NCBI RefSeq assembly: GCF_000196355.1
Contig: NC_007614.1
Span: 2,160,001-2,192,000, forward strand
Source: Nitrosospira multiformis ATCC 25196
GTDB taxonomy: Bacteria; Pseudomonadota; Gammaproteobacteria; Burkholderiales; Nitrosomonadaceae
Direction: 5' to 3'
DNA: 32,000 nucleotides
Part shown: positions 17,846-25,618 of the stretch, piece by piece
How the letters are laid out: every line of letters starts with the position of its first letter
Numbering within the stretch: position 1 is the stretch's first letter
Translations under genes and position numbers: made by a program
Notes under the pieces: generated by a model
Told to the model about the DNA's origin: nothing
Seen by the model: only the letters and a program-made list of their open reading frames with translations
Database searches by the model: none

Positions 17846-19612
17846 TTACTTGATCACTGTCACATTCACCGAAGCAGATGCTGTATTGCCCGCCGCATCT
17901 CTGGCGACCGTCCAGATAGTGTGTGCTCCCGCGCGCACATTGCTTGGGCGGGTATTCCAGCTATATCCTAACGTACTTCCTTTTCCGGTAGCCTTGAGCA
18001 CGCCGTCGATGTAGAGCGTACAGGTGATTCCGGAAGCGCCGCTATCATCGCTTGCATTCACGCTGATGGCCACATTGCTGCCCGAAACATTGCCTGTGAC
18101 CGGATTTACGATCTTCACCTGTGGCGCGGTAGTATCCCTGGCCACCGTTGTCGTTCCGTTTGCCACATTCACCGAGACGGTGGTCGAAGCCTTGGAGTTG
18201 CCGGCCGCATCGAATGCATAAGCGGTCAGGTTCGCCATACCGTTGGCTACGCCTGCCGAATCCCAGGTGAAGGCGAACGGCGCCGTGGTGTCGACTGCGA
18301 CTGTGGTATTGTTGACCCGCAACTCGACACGAGTCACGCCGACGTTATCGCTCGCAGCCACGTTTACGCCGACCAGGCCTGTTACGCTTGATCCGCCAGC
18401 AGGGGAAGTGATGGAAACCGCCGGAGCCTGCGTATCTGCTGTCAGCGTGGTGCCGGCGGCGGCCTGTACGGCACGCGCCGCATTCACTCGCCCATAGCCG
18501 TAGTAAGGATCGCGCCCTGGCGTTCCAAGATCCACCGCCGTGGAATACAGCAGACTCTCGATCTGGGTATTGGATAATGTCGGCTTTGCCGCCATCATGA
18601 GCGCCACCACCCCAGCCGTTACCGGGCTTGAGAACGACGTGCCGGAAACCGCGCCATAGCCGCCACCCTTGGTAGTGCTCCAGATTCCTGCACCGGGAGC
18701 CGCGAGAGCAATGTAATTACCATAACTAGACCAGCTCGTCCGTACGTCATTTCCGTCAGTGGCAGAGACAGGAATCATGCTGGTGGTTGCGGCATAATTT
18801 TGCTGTACGCCAGTGTTGCCCCCGCTGACAATGACAAGGCCGCCTTTGTTCTTCAGGTATTGCGCCGCACTGCGAGTACTCGCACTGTCGGTCAGTCCGA
18901 GAAAGCTGGCATTGGCGACGCGAACCCCGCGGTCTGCCGCATAGATAAGCCCTTGGGAAATCGCACTCCAGGTGGCATACCCATCAGAGCCACTTACCCG
19001 GATCGGCATGATCTTCGCCCGTGCCGCCACCGAGGCCACCCCCAGCGCGTTATTGCCTGCCGCTCCCGCCGCACCCGCAACCTTGGTGCCATGCCCGTAA
19101 ACATCCGATGTATTGGAATTGTTCTCGTAGAAATTCCAGCCTGGCACCAGTTCCGTAGCCAGATCAGGGTGAGTGCTATCGACTCCTGAATCCAGGATGG
19201 CGATGGTCACGCCGCTGCCCAGGGAACTGTCCCAGGCGGACGGAGCGCCAATCTTGGGCAAATGCCAGGCGCTGCCATAGTAGGGATCGTTCGGAATGAG
19301 CGCGGGTTCGACTTCCTGGTCGATCTCGGCAAACTTGAGCGCCGGATGATGCGCAAGCCTTGCCGCCACCGCCTTCTCGGAGGCATTACCCGGCAAGTCG
19401 ACGATATACAGATCGCTCTGCCCGATCTTCCTGCCCTTGCCGCCATGTTCGCCCAGAACCTTGGCCAGTTCCTTTTCCGGCAAGCCGGCACGCGGCATGA
19501 CCAGGATGCGACCCTTCGCCCAGCCAACCGGCTTGTTCATTCCAGGCCCCCTGCCCTCCGGAGGCTCTGCACTGGAAATGACCGGACCCAATCCCAGCAA
19601 AACTGCCAGTAT
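17846..19612. repeat. direct repeat copy B (S8 gene body)
   Basis: Counterpart of 13441-15201. Copy B carries 6 extra nt near its 3' end (protein NTRPSNVRAG versus NIRNVAAG in copy A). Confidence 0.85.
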
Positions 19613-19726
19613 CGCCCCTGCAAAACGGCAGCTGGATGAGGCAACCTTTGCGCGTATGTTTGATATGAACCTCTCGGCAAGCCGGGCCGCTACACCGGCC
19701 TGCTCTTCCCTCTTGTCGGCGTTCAT
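17846..19726 (-). CDS. secreted S8 subtilisin-family serine protease with I9-like propeptide and two C-terminal Ig-like domains, paralog 2
   Basis: 626 aa, with ATG 19726 preceded by GAAAGGAG. It has the same triad contexts and domain order as 13441-15321. There is no other in-frame ATG/GTG/TTG before the h-region. Confidence 0.9.
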   Translation of the reverse strand: MNADKREEQAGVAARLAERFISNIRAKVASSSCRFAGAILAVLLGLGPVISSAEPPEGRGPGMNKPVGWAKGRILVMPRAGLPEKELAKVLGEHGGKGRKIGQSDLYIVDLPGNASEKAVAARLAHHPALKFAEIDQEVEPALIPNDPYYGSAWHLPKIGAPSAWDSSLGSGVTIAILDSGVDSTHPDLATELVPGWNFYENNSNTSDVYGHGTKVAGAAGAAGNNALGVASVAARAKIMPIRVSGSDGYATWSAISQGLIYAADRGVRVANASFLGLTDSASTRSAAQYLKNKGGLVIVSGGNTGVQQNYAATTSMIPVSATDGNDVRTSWSSYGNYIALAAPGAGIWSTTKGGGYGAVSGTSFSSPVTAGVVALMMAAKPTLSNTQIESLLYSTAVDLGTPGRDPYYGYGRVNAARAVQAAAGTTLTADTQAPAVSITSPAGGSSVTGLVGVNVAASDNVGVTRVELRVNNTTVAVDTTAPFAFTWDSAGVANGMANLTAYAFDAAGNSKASTTVSVNVANGTTTVARDTTAPQVKIVNPVTGNVSGSNVAISVNASDDSGASGITCTLYIDGVLKATGKGSTLGYSWNTRPSNVRAGAHTIWTVARDAAGNTASASVNVTVIK

Positions 19727-20391
19727 GTTCGACTCCTTTCTAATTGTGAAAAATCAAGTTCCAAAAAAACAGCAATAAATCTGCCGGTCGTTACGTTCAT
19801 GACACGTCACTGCGCCTTTCCATAGAAATCTGGAAATAAGCAAGCCAATACTTATCCAATCCGGGGTTGCTGATTGAGATGCACCACTCTGGCCCGAAGC
19901 TGGAGTTCCGAGACTCCTGCCGGAATATCAATCGAGCTAGCGGCTCGCGCCGTAGCCTGCAATGGAATGGTCCAGGGAATTAGCTGAAGAAATTTTCTGT
20001 GACCTCATGGGCAAATCGAGCTGCCACAAAACAAACTGACAAACTGAATGGGTTCCTGCAGAACAGTGCTCTCTCAAATATTTCTTTTGTTGTTTCCAGT
20101 CCCTATCTTTTCCAATAAATGATCAGCTTGAGCCCGTTTGAAGCATTTTTTATGCCAGTCCTGCTTTTTTAGCTAAAACAGACACTTGAGGGGAAGCGGG
20201 TTCCCTTTGACCGTCGCCTTCCGGCGACGCAGAAATGAGCGGTAGAGGATAAATTCTTGAGAATAAGGGGATGTGAGTGTCGTTGAAGAACGACGAGACT
20301 ATGACGGATGAAGTCCGGGGGTAAGGAATATCTCTGGGGATAAGGATTATCTTCTGGCCTAACCGTACCGCTTATCCATTCACAGCTCGCC

Positions 20392-20420
20392 AAAAAACTC
20401 CATAACGGGTCCGGTCGTTA
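20392..20420 (-). terminator. weak candidate terminator after gspM
   Basis: On the minus strand: AUAACG-ACCGGACC-CGUUAU followed by GGAGUUUUUU. The stem is only 6 bp and AU-rich. Confidence 0.35.
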
Positions 20421-20427
20421 TCGGGCG

Positions 20428-20919
20428 CTACTCTGTAGTGGCACGGACGAATGTTCCCGTCACGGTCACTATTCCCGGTTCGGGCAAGGCTTCAATCCGG
20501 CCCTTTTCGAAACGCACGCGCTGTAACTGCATTGCTACAGTCCACTTCAGCCAGTCCGCGAAGGGCACAGCCTTAAACGTGACCTGGACCTGATCATCCC
20601 CCAGTGCATCAATGCCATTCAAAGCATGAGAAAGTCCGAGGATGTCTGCCTGGGTTTGCGCGAGCGCATGCAAATCGCCGGATAAGGGGGGCGGAGATGG
20701 AGTAACCTTTATACGCTCGTACTCGGCCGCCTGTTGCTCGAACTCTTCCGCCTGGACGCGCAGTTGCGGAAGGTTCGAGCGCAATCGGGTACGCGCCCTG
20801 TCCGCCGAGCTGACCAGCCCCAGATAAAGTCCCGCGCTCAAAATCATTCCCAATATTGTGATGACCCGCCGCTCCCGGGGAGAGCGTGATTCCCATGCTT
20901 TCCGCAGCTGTTTCCTCAC
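20428..20919 (-). CDS. gspM: type II secretion system protein M
   Basis: 163 aa. GTG 20919 overlaps the gspL stop (GTGA). A short cytoplasmic N-terminus is followed by one TM helix (VITILGMILSAGLYLGLV) and a periplasmic domain. Its position after gspL supports the call. Confidence 0.8.
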   Translation of the reverse strand: MRKQLRKAWESRSPRERRVITILGMILSAGLYLGLVSSADRARTRLRSNLPQLRVQAEEFEQQAAEYERIKVTPSPPPLSGDLHALAQTQADILGLSHALNGIDALGDDQVQVTFKAVPFADWLKWTVAMQLQRVRFEKGRIEALPEPGIVTVTGTFVRATTE

Positions 20920-22172
20920 GGAGTCGTCACCACGAGCACAACGATTCCGGCACCCCCGTCTGTCGGTGCCGGGTTGATATCGACACTCAGATCGTTTTCC
21001 CGCAACCGGGCGGCAATACGGTTCGCGAGTCCTTCCTCCGCGGCCAGCTCAAGCGCTATTCTCCCGCTATCATAGGAAATCGCATGCAGACTGCCAGAAG
21101 CCAGTTCGCTCAATGCCGGTCCCACTGTTTTGATCATGGGCAAGAAATCGGCCGTATCGGGAACGCCTGCCGCATGCCGCGCTTCGATGAGCTTTCGCCG
21201 CATCTGTAGCGCAGGGTCCACTACCGCGACCGCAGCCGGAAATAGGGCGCGAAACCGGGTTTCCATTTGCTGATGCAAGGCACGCTCTTCATTGGCAAGC
21301 AATGCCCAGTCAGCGGCAACGGCCAGGGAATGGAGCACCAACGCTGCCGCGCCGATCCAGACTGCCGGGCGCAGACGTGAAAGAAGTCCCCTGAAAGGAG
21401 GCCAGCGTCTGTGTTTCTGCAGCAAGCTGATACTGGATTGCTGAGCCCCGCGCCAATCCCAGGTCCCCGCAATGTATACAGGAATGCCGAGCACCCGTTG
21501 CCACGCTTCGATATCTGGCGCTGCCGCAGGATTCTTCATGATCTCACCGGCACTCTCCTCAAATGTCATTGCGCCTTCAGGCTCAATTGTATAGAGCGCG
21601 ATGGATGCCGGTCTCGCTCCATGCCTTTCCGCATCTTCGAGCATGAGATGCAATGACAACGGAGGAGACGCATCGCCTCCGCAATCTGTTGCTCCCCCTT
21701 CAAACTCGCCGGTGCGCACAAAACCTTCCCGGCCCTCCCAGGCGAAACTCCATTCTCCCGGCGTCCATGGCAATAACAGTGTTTCGCAGTAAATTTCATC
21801 CACTTGGATAGCAGCTGCCTGCAGCGCATCGAGACACTGCGTCAACCTTTTCTTATCCACTGCCGCGAGTATGTCCTCGCCTCCAGCGGAACCGATCCAG
21901 CTCACTTGATTAGCCTCAGGCTCACGCAGCATTTCTTCTTCGACCGCAAACGCCAGTACTGACCCAGGCTGCCGCCTCGCAGCGTCAGGTAAGCGAGCCC
22001 GTGTGAGCAAAACCTGGGCAGCTGGAATGATCAACTGGACAGAACTCGCGTTTTTCGGCAGATCAGCTATCTGCCCCTCCCCTGTCAAGGGCAATCCATC
22101 ATCGCCCGTCCATATCCACTGGCAACTCAATGATTCCTCCAGAAGAGGACACCGGATTCTTAGCAGGCTCAT
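20916..22172 (-). CDS. gspL: type II secretion system protein L
   Basis: 418 aa. ATG 22172 overlaps the gspK stop (ATGA). It has an actin-like cytoplasmic N-domain, a single TM helix (AVWIGAAALVLHSLAVAADWAL) and a periplasmic C-domain. The call also rests on operon position. Confidence 0.85.
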   Translation of the reverse strand: MSLLRIRCPLLEESLSCQWIWTGDDGLPLTGEGQIADLPKNASSVQLIIPAAQVLLTRARLPDAARRQPGSVLAFAVEEEMLREPEANQVSWIGSAGGEDILAAVDKKRLTQCLDALQAAAIQVDEIYCETLLLPWTPGEWSFAWEGREGFVRTGEFEGGATDCGGDASPPLSLHLMLEDAERHGARPASIALYTIEPEGAMTFEESAGEIMKNPAAAPDIEAWQRVLGIPVYIAGTWDWRGAQQSSISLLQKHRRWPPFRGLLSRLRPAVWIGAAALVLHSLAVAADWALLANEERALHQQMETRFRALFPAAVAVVDPALQMRRKLIEARHAAGVPDTADFLPMIKTVGPALSELASGSLHAISYDSGRIALELAAEEGLANRIAARLRENDLSVDINPAPTDGGAGIVVLVVTTP

Positions 22173-23083
22173 GAATATTTACGCCAGACAATAACGGGCC
22201 ACCCGCCCTCCTCACGGTTAAGGAGGACCACTCCCCCGGCATGGGCTTCGCCGATAACTACACTGAGTGCCGCAAGAAAATAATTGCTACTGGTGCCAAT
22301 ATCGTTTTCCTCCACCGCAGCGCCCTGAGGAAGACGATTGAGAAAATCGGCATGATCACGAAAATGGGCGCGCGCGCGCTGGAAAGTCAATATGCGGGCA
22401 TTTCCAATTCCCAGACCCTCAACAATGGCAGCAAGCACTTCGGGGGGCGCCGTATTGACATTGACAGTGGTAAAGCTCGGCAGGGCCGTCACGAACGGAC
22501 GCAAACGCGCGCGGATATCCCTGTTGAAACCGCGAATGCGGGCCAGTTCCGCTACATCGGTCAAGGGCCTGTTGGCAGTAAGGTAAGAAGGGTTCAGCAC
22601 ACTGTAATATTCATCCTCGGCGCCGTGCTGGGGACGAGGTTCGCTGTCCACGTCTATCCAGTCAGCCAATGCATCGGCAAGCGCATCCGGCAAATCGAGC
22701 AAGGCCAGCAAGCGCTTGAAGTAAGCAAGCTGTGTCGCACTGATTTTTCCATCGGGAGCCAGGTTGTTCAGATTGAACAAGCCCTGCTGATCGTGGATGT
22801 GGCCCGTGAGTTCACCGTTTTCAATGGGCATCGCCGGAATCTGCAATGCCCAGGGTTCGCCCAGGTGATCGACGCTGCCCATCCGGCCATCATCGCTCAG
22901 CACAGCGCGGACCCAGTCCACCCCCGCCTTGACCATCGCCTGCGCCTGAACGTAATCCTGCGCAAGCTCGCTTTGCCGTGACCAGATACCCTGTGCGGTA
23001 ATGATCGCTGTTGCGGTTATCGACGCGAGCGCCACGACACCCATGGCAAGCACGACTGCTACCCCACGTTGTCCTGTTCTCAT
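22169..23083 (-). CDS. gspK: type II secretion minor pseudopilin K
   Basis: 304 aa. The N-terminus QRG/VAVVLAMGVVAL lacks Glu+5, as is typical for GspK. It also has a GEPWA motif and HhH-like C-terminal repeats (VNVNTAPPEVLAAI). Confidence 0.85.
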   Translation of the reverse strand: MRTGQRGVAVVLAMGVVALASITATAIITAQGIWSRQSELAQDYVQAQAMVKAGVDWVRAVLSDDGRMGSVDHLGEPWALQIPAMPIENGELTGHIHDQQGLFNLNNLAPDGKISATQLAYFKRLLALLDLPDALADALADWIDVDSEPRPQHGAEDEYYSVLNPSYLTANRPLTDVAELARIRGFNRDIRARLRPFVTALPSFTTVNVNTAPPEVLAAIVEGLGIGNARILTFQRARAHFRDHADFLNRLPQGAAVEENDIGTSSNYFLAALSVVIGEAHAGGVVLLNREEGGWPVIVWRKYS

Positions 23084-23087
23084 GATG

Positions 23088-23708
23088 TCATTGGAAAATA
23101 CGTTCTATTTCCTCCCCCGAAGCAAGGGCAATGCGCAGGCGCACGGCTTGGGGAATGGAAGAAATCGTAGACACCGGCGCGTCAGGCGCTCCACTTGGCC
23201 ATGCATTCACCCAGGCACGATTTGCGGTAAGATACTGCAACTCCATTTTTGCCACCCCGCTCAATACCGGATAACGCATGGCAACTGTCCGGGGACCGAT
23301 GTCGAGACCAGGCCACAACCAAAGCTCGATTTCCCGTTTATCATTCAACTGGTAAGCAATCCGCCGTGCGGCATCCGTTTCTTCGATGGAACCCAGACGA
23401 CTGAATTCCATGTAAGGCAACAAGCCTCCATCCGGCGCCGCTTTAATCACTCCGCGCCAGGCCGGCAGGACGCCTGAGCCGGTTCGAACCGGACGCGGTA
23501 TCGCAAGTTGCACATCATGCTCAAACCTTGTGAGGAATAAATCTATGCGGCGCCATTTTTCAGTTTCCCGCCTGACATACTCTTGCGCGTCGAGTATCGC
23601 TCCAAGTCCACGATAAGACATCACTGCCAGCAAAGACAGAACAGTCAGCGCAACCAGCAGCTCAATCAGGGTAAATCCCCGGAATCCGGTTTCACGCATG
23701 GATTTCAT
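23088..23708 (-). CDS. gspJ: type II secretion minor pseudopilin J
   Basis: Prepilin-type N-terminus MKSMRETGFRG/FTLIELLVAL, 206 aa. Confidence 0.85.
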   Translation of the reverse strand: MKSMRETGFRGFTLIELLVALTVLSLLAVMSYRGLGAILDAQEYVRRETEKWRRIDLFLTRFEHDVQLAIPRPVRTGSGVLPAWRGVIKAAPDGGLLPYMEFSRLGSIEETDAARRIAYQLNDKREIELWLWPGLDIGPRTVAMRYPVLSGVAKMELQYLTANRAWVNAWPSGAPDAPVSTISSIPQAVRLRIALASGEEIERIFQ

Positions 23709-23824
23709 GGAAATGGATTACGAATACCTTCCTCGCCGGGGACACGAAGGCACTAAGTCATAGGAGCGTTGAGCAGCATCTTCCATCCCATATAAGCTGC
23801 CATCGTCCTGTTCCGGCAGCTTGC

Positions 23825-24232
23825 TCACGGATTCCCCGGGACTGCCGGTTGCGCCAGATATCCTGTCAGATGCGCAAGCAGGTGCGATTCCCCAGCAGGC
23901 GCAAATACCGAAATATTGGCTCGCCGGAATGAGGGATTTGCGGTTTCGGTAATATCCGCCCGCCACGTGAAATCCATGTTTCCTTGTTTTGCTGTTCCAC
24001 GATATGTGCCCGGCGACGGCCAGGCGCCGCGGGTACGCTGCTCTGCCAGGAAATTTTCCGCAACCCATCCCGCCAGCAGTCGCGAGCGCAATTCGCCGAC
24101 AGTGAGCGTGCCCTGCCCTGCAACACGCAATGCGGCCATGAGAGCAACCGCAATGATTGCCAGTGCGACCAGAACCTCAACCAGCGTGAATCCACGGCCT
24201 CTACCGCAGCTGCCCGGATATGATTTCATCAT
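23825..24232 (-). CDS. gspI: type II secretion minor pseudopilin I
   Basis: Prepilin-type N-terminus ...GRGRG/FTLVEVLVAL. ATG 24232/24229 is preceded by GAGGGAAGG. The ORF track start at 24307 is unlikely because it would overlap gspH by 107 nt and has no RBS. Confidence 0.8.
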   Translation of the reverse strand: MMKSYPGSCGRGRGFTLVEVLVALAIIAVALMAALRVAGQGTLTVGELRSRLLAGWVAENFLAEQRTRGAWPSPGTYRGTAKQGNMDFTWRADITETANPSFRRANISVFAPAGESHLLAHLTGYLAQPAVPGNP

Positions 24233-24719
24233 TCGGCCTTCCCTCTCCCGGCAATGCCTGCACATCGCCGACCGGAGATCCTGTGACTGTATAGCGCTCC
24301 GTCCCAAAAGATATCTTTATGGCATAAGCCGGCATGAAACCGTGAGGATTGAACTCCAGTCGCATAAAATCTGCTGGCGACATCTCGATCAACATGCCCG
24401 CGATCTTCATACCCTGCGGAAATGTTCGTTCCCCGAAGAGATCATTGTTACGAATTTCCGACCAACCGGCACCCCATTGATTCCCCCAGAACCGATAGCT
24501 TGCGCCGTCTGTTGTCCAGGCGAGAGATCTTCCTGACATACGCGCCTCGGTTCCCGCCAGGTCAAGGAGTTGCGCCAGCCGTTCCGCTTCGACGCGAAGA
24601 AGAGCTCGTTCGTCCGGTCGCACGGTGCTGCTGATCAGTCCGGCAAAAAGCCCGATGATCACCAGTGCGACAAGCACTTCGAGGAGCGTGAATCCGCCTC
24701 CGGCTTTTATCTCAGTCAC
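24201..24719 (-). CDS. gspH: type II secretion minor pseudopilin H
   Basis: GTG 24719 follows AGGA. Prepilin-type N-terminus MTEIKAGG/GFTLLEVLVAL, 172 aa. Confidence 0.8.
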   Translation of the reverse strand: MTEIKAGGGFTLLEVLVALVIIGLFAGLISSTVRPDERALLRVEAERLAQLLDLAGTEARMSGRSLAWTTDGASYRFWGNQWGAGWSEIRNNDLFGERTFPQGMKIAGMLIEMSPADFMRLEFNPHGFMPAYAIKISFGTERYTVTGSPVGDVQALPGEGRPNDEIISGQLR

Positions 24720-24733
24720 GAATCCTGTTGGCC

Positions 24734-25255
24734 TTACAGGTTCCAGGAGCCGATATCCGCATCGTTACCGTCTCCCCCGCGGGCGCCATCTGCCCCGAAA
24801 CTGAAAACATCGATTTCGCCGTGAACCCCGGGGTTCAGGTATTGATAAGGGTTGCCCCAGGGATCCTTCGGAAGGCGCTCGACATATCCTCCGGCTTTCC
24901 AATTGGGTGGAATCGGTGGATCGGTCGGCTTCGTTACCAGCGCCTGCAATCCCTGTTCAGTCTTGGGGTAGCGATGGTTGTCGAGGCGGTACAGCTTGAG
25001 CATCTGCATCAAGCTTGCGACATCCTGTTTTGCTGCGATGATACGCGCTTCGTCAGGGCGGCTGATGATTTTCGGCACCACCATTACAGCGAGAATTCCT
25101 AGAATCACGACCACCACCATGACCTCGAGCAAAGTAAAGCCGCTCTGCCTTCCGGGCCGTCCATACTCTGAGGCGATCAAATGGCCTGGAGCTTGTTGTC
25201 TTTCAGAGAGTAGATTGGAACCAGATTTCTCCATCATTTTTACGTAAATACCCAT
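24734..25255 (-). CDS. gspG: type II secretion major pseudopilin G
   Basis: The mature part is unmistakable: G/FTLLEVMVVVVILGILAVMVVPKI...AKQDVASLMQMLKLYRLDN...DPWGNPYQY...SFGADG. The start is uncertain: ATG 25255, ATG 25237/25234, or in-frame TTG 25180. None has a good SD. Confidence 0.9.
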   Translation of the reverse strand: MGIYVKMMEKSGSNLLSERQQAPGHLIASEYGRPGRQSGFTLLEVMVVVVILGILAVMVVPKIISRPDEARIIAAKQDVASLMQMLKLYRLDNHRYPKTEQGLQALVTKPTDPPIPPNWKAGGYVERLPKDPWGNPYQYLNPGVHGEIDVFSFGADGARGGDGNDADIGSWNL

Positions 25256-25618
25256 CAAAAAACGGACAAAATGGAACGAAGATTACCCAAGAAATTGTTC
25301 ATTGTCGATTCCGGTTTTGCACCATGGCACGCGCCTCCCGATCTGTCCTCCTAATCCACGTCTCGATGCAGCGCAACATTGGCCTCGCCGATAAAAATTT
25401 TCAGCTGCCTCAGGAAGTGACGTCAACAATAATCTCAAAAAAAACATATCCCTTATTCGCCAAACAGGAATAAATTAACGCTCATTTTGCATGTTTAGAA
25501 TCAGGGAAGCCGGAAAACAAATGACAGACGGGAACAACGCCTGCAGTTGCATCAAGCACGGAATTTTTCATACGTAGCAATTTTCATTATCAAACTTCTA
25601 AAGGGGAATACACTTATC

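Noticed and set aside
20303-20322. GAUGAAGUCCGGGGGUAAGG resembles the RNase P RNA conserved GGAAAGUCCGGGC block
   Set aside because: None of the other universally conserved RNase P regions can be found nearby. I judged this a chance match.
20341-20380. UGGCCUAACC... reminded me of the GEMM-I c-di-GMP riboswitch (CCGGCCUAAACC)
   Set aside because: The other conserved GEMM elements (GGCAAA, CGCAAAGC) are absent. On the plus strand there is no downstream gene to regulate.
20169-20393. 74-aa minus-strand ORF in the gspM / subtilase 2 gap
   Set aside because: It has no RBS and odd composition, and it coincides with the hairpin-rich element. It is treated as non-coding.
22241-22981. 246-aa ORF antisense to gspK (similarly 23916-24536, antisense to gspI/gspH)
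   Set aside because: The minus-strand frames encode canonical pseudopilins with coupled start/stop codons. The antisense ORFs are typical GC-rich shadow frames.
25325-25340. TGGCAC hexamer in the gspG / cupredoxin divergent region as a sigma-54 -24 element
   Set aside because: The required TTGC(W) at the -12 position, 5 nt downstream, is absent (the sequence reads GCGCCTCCCG).
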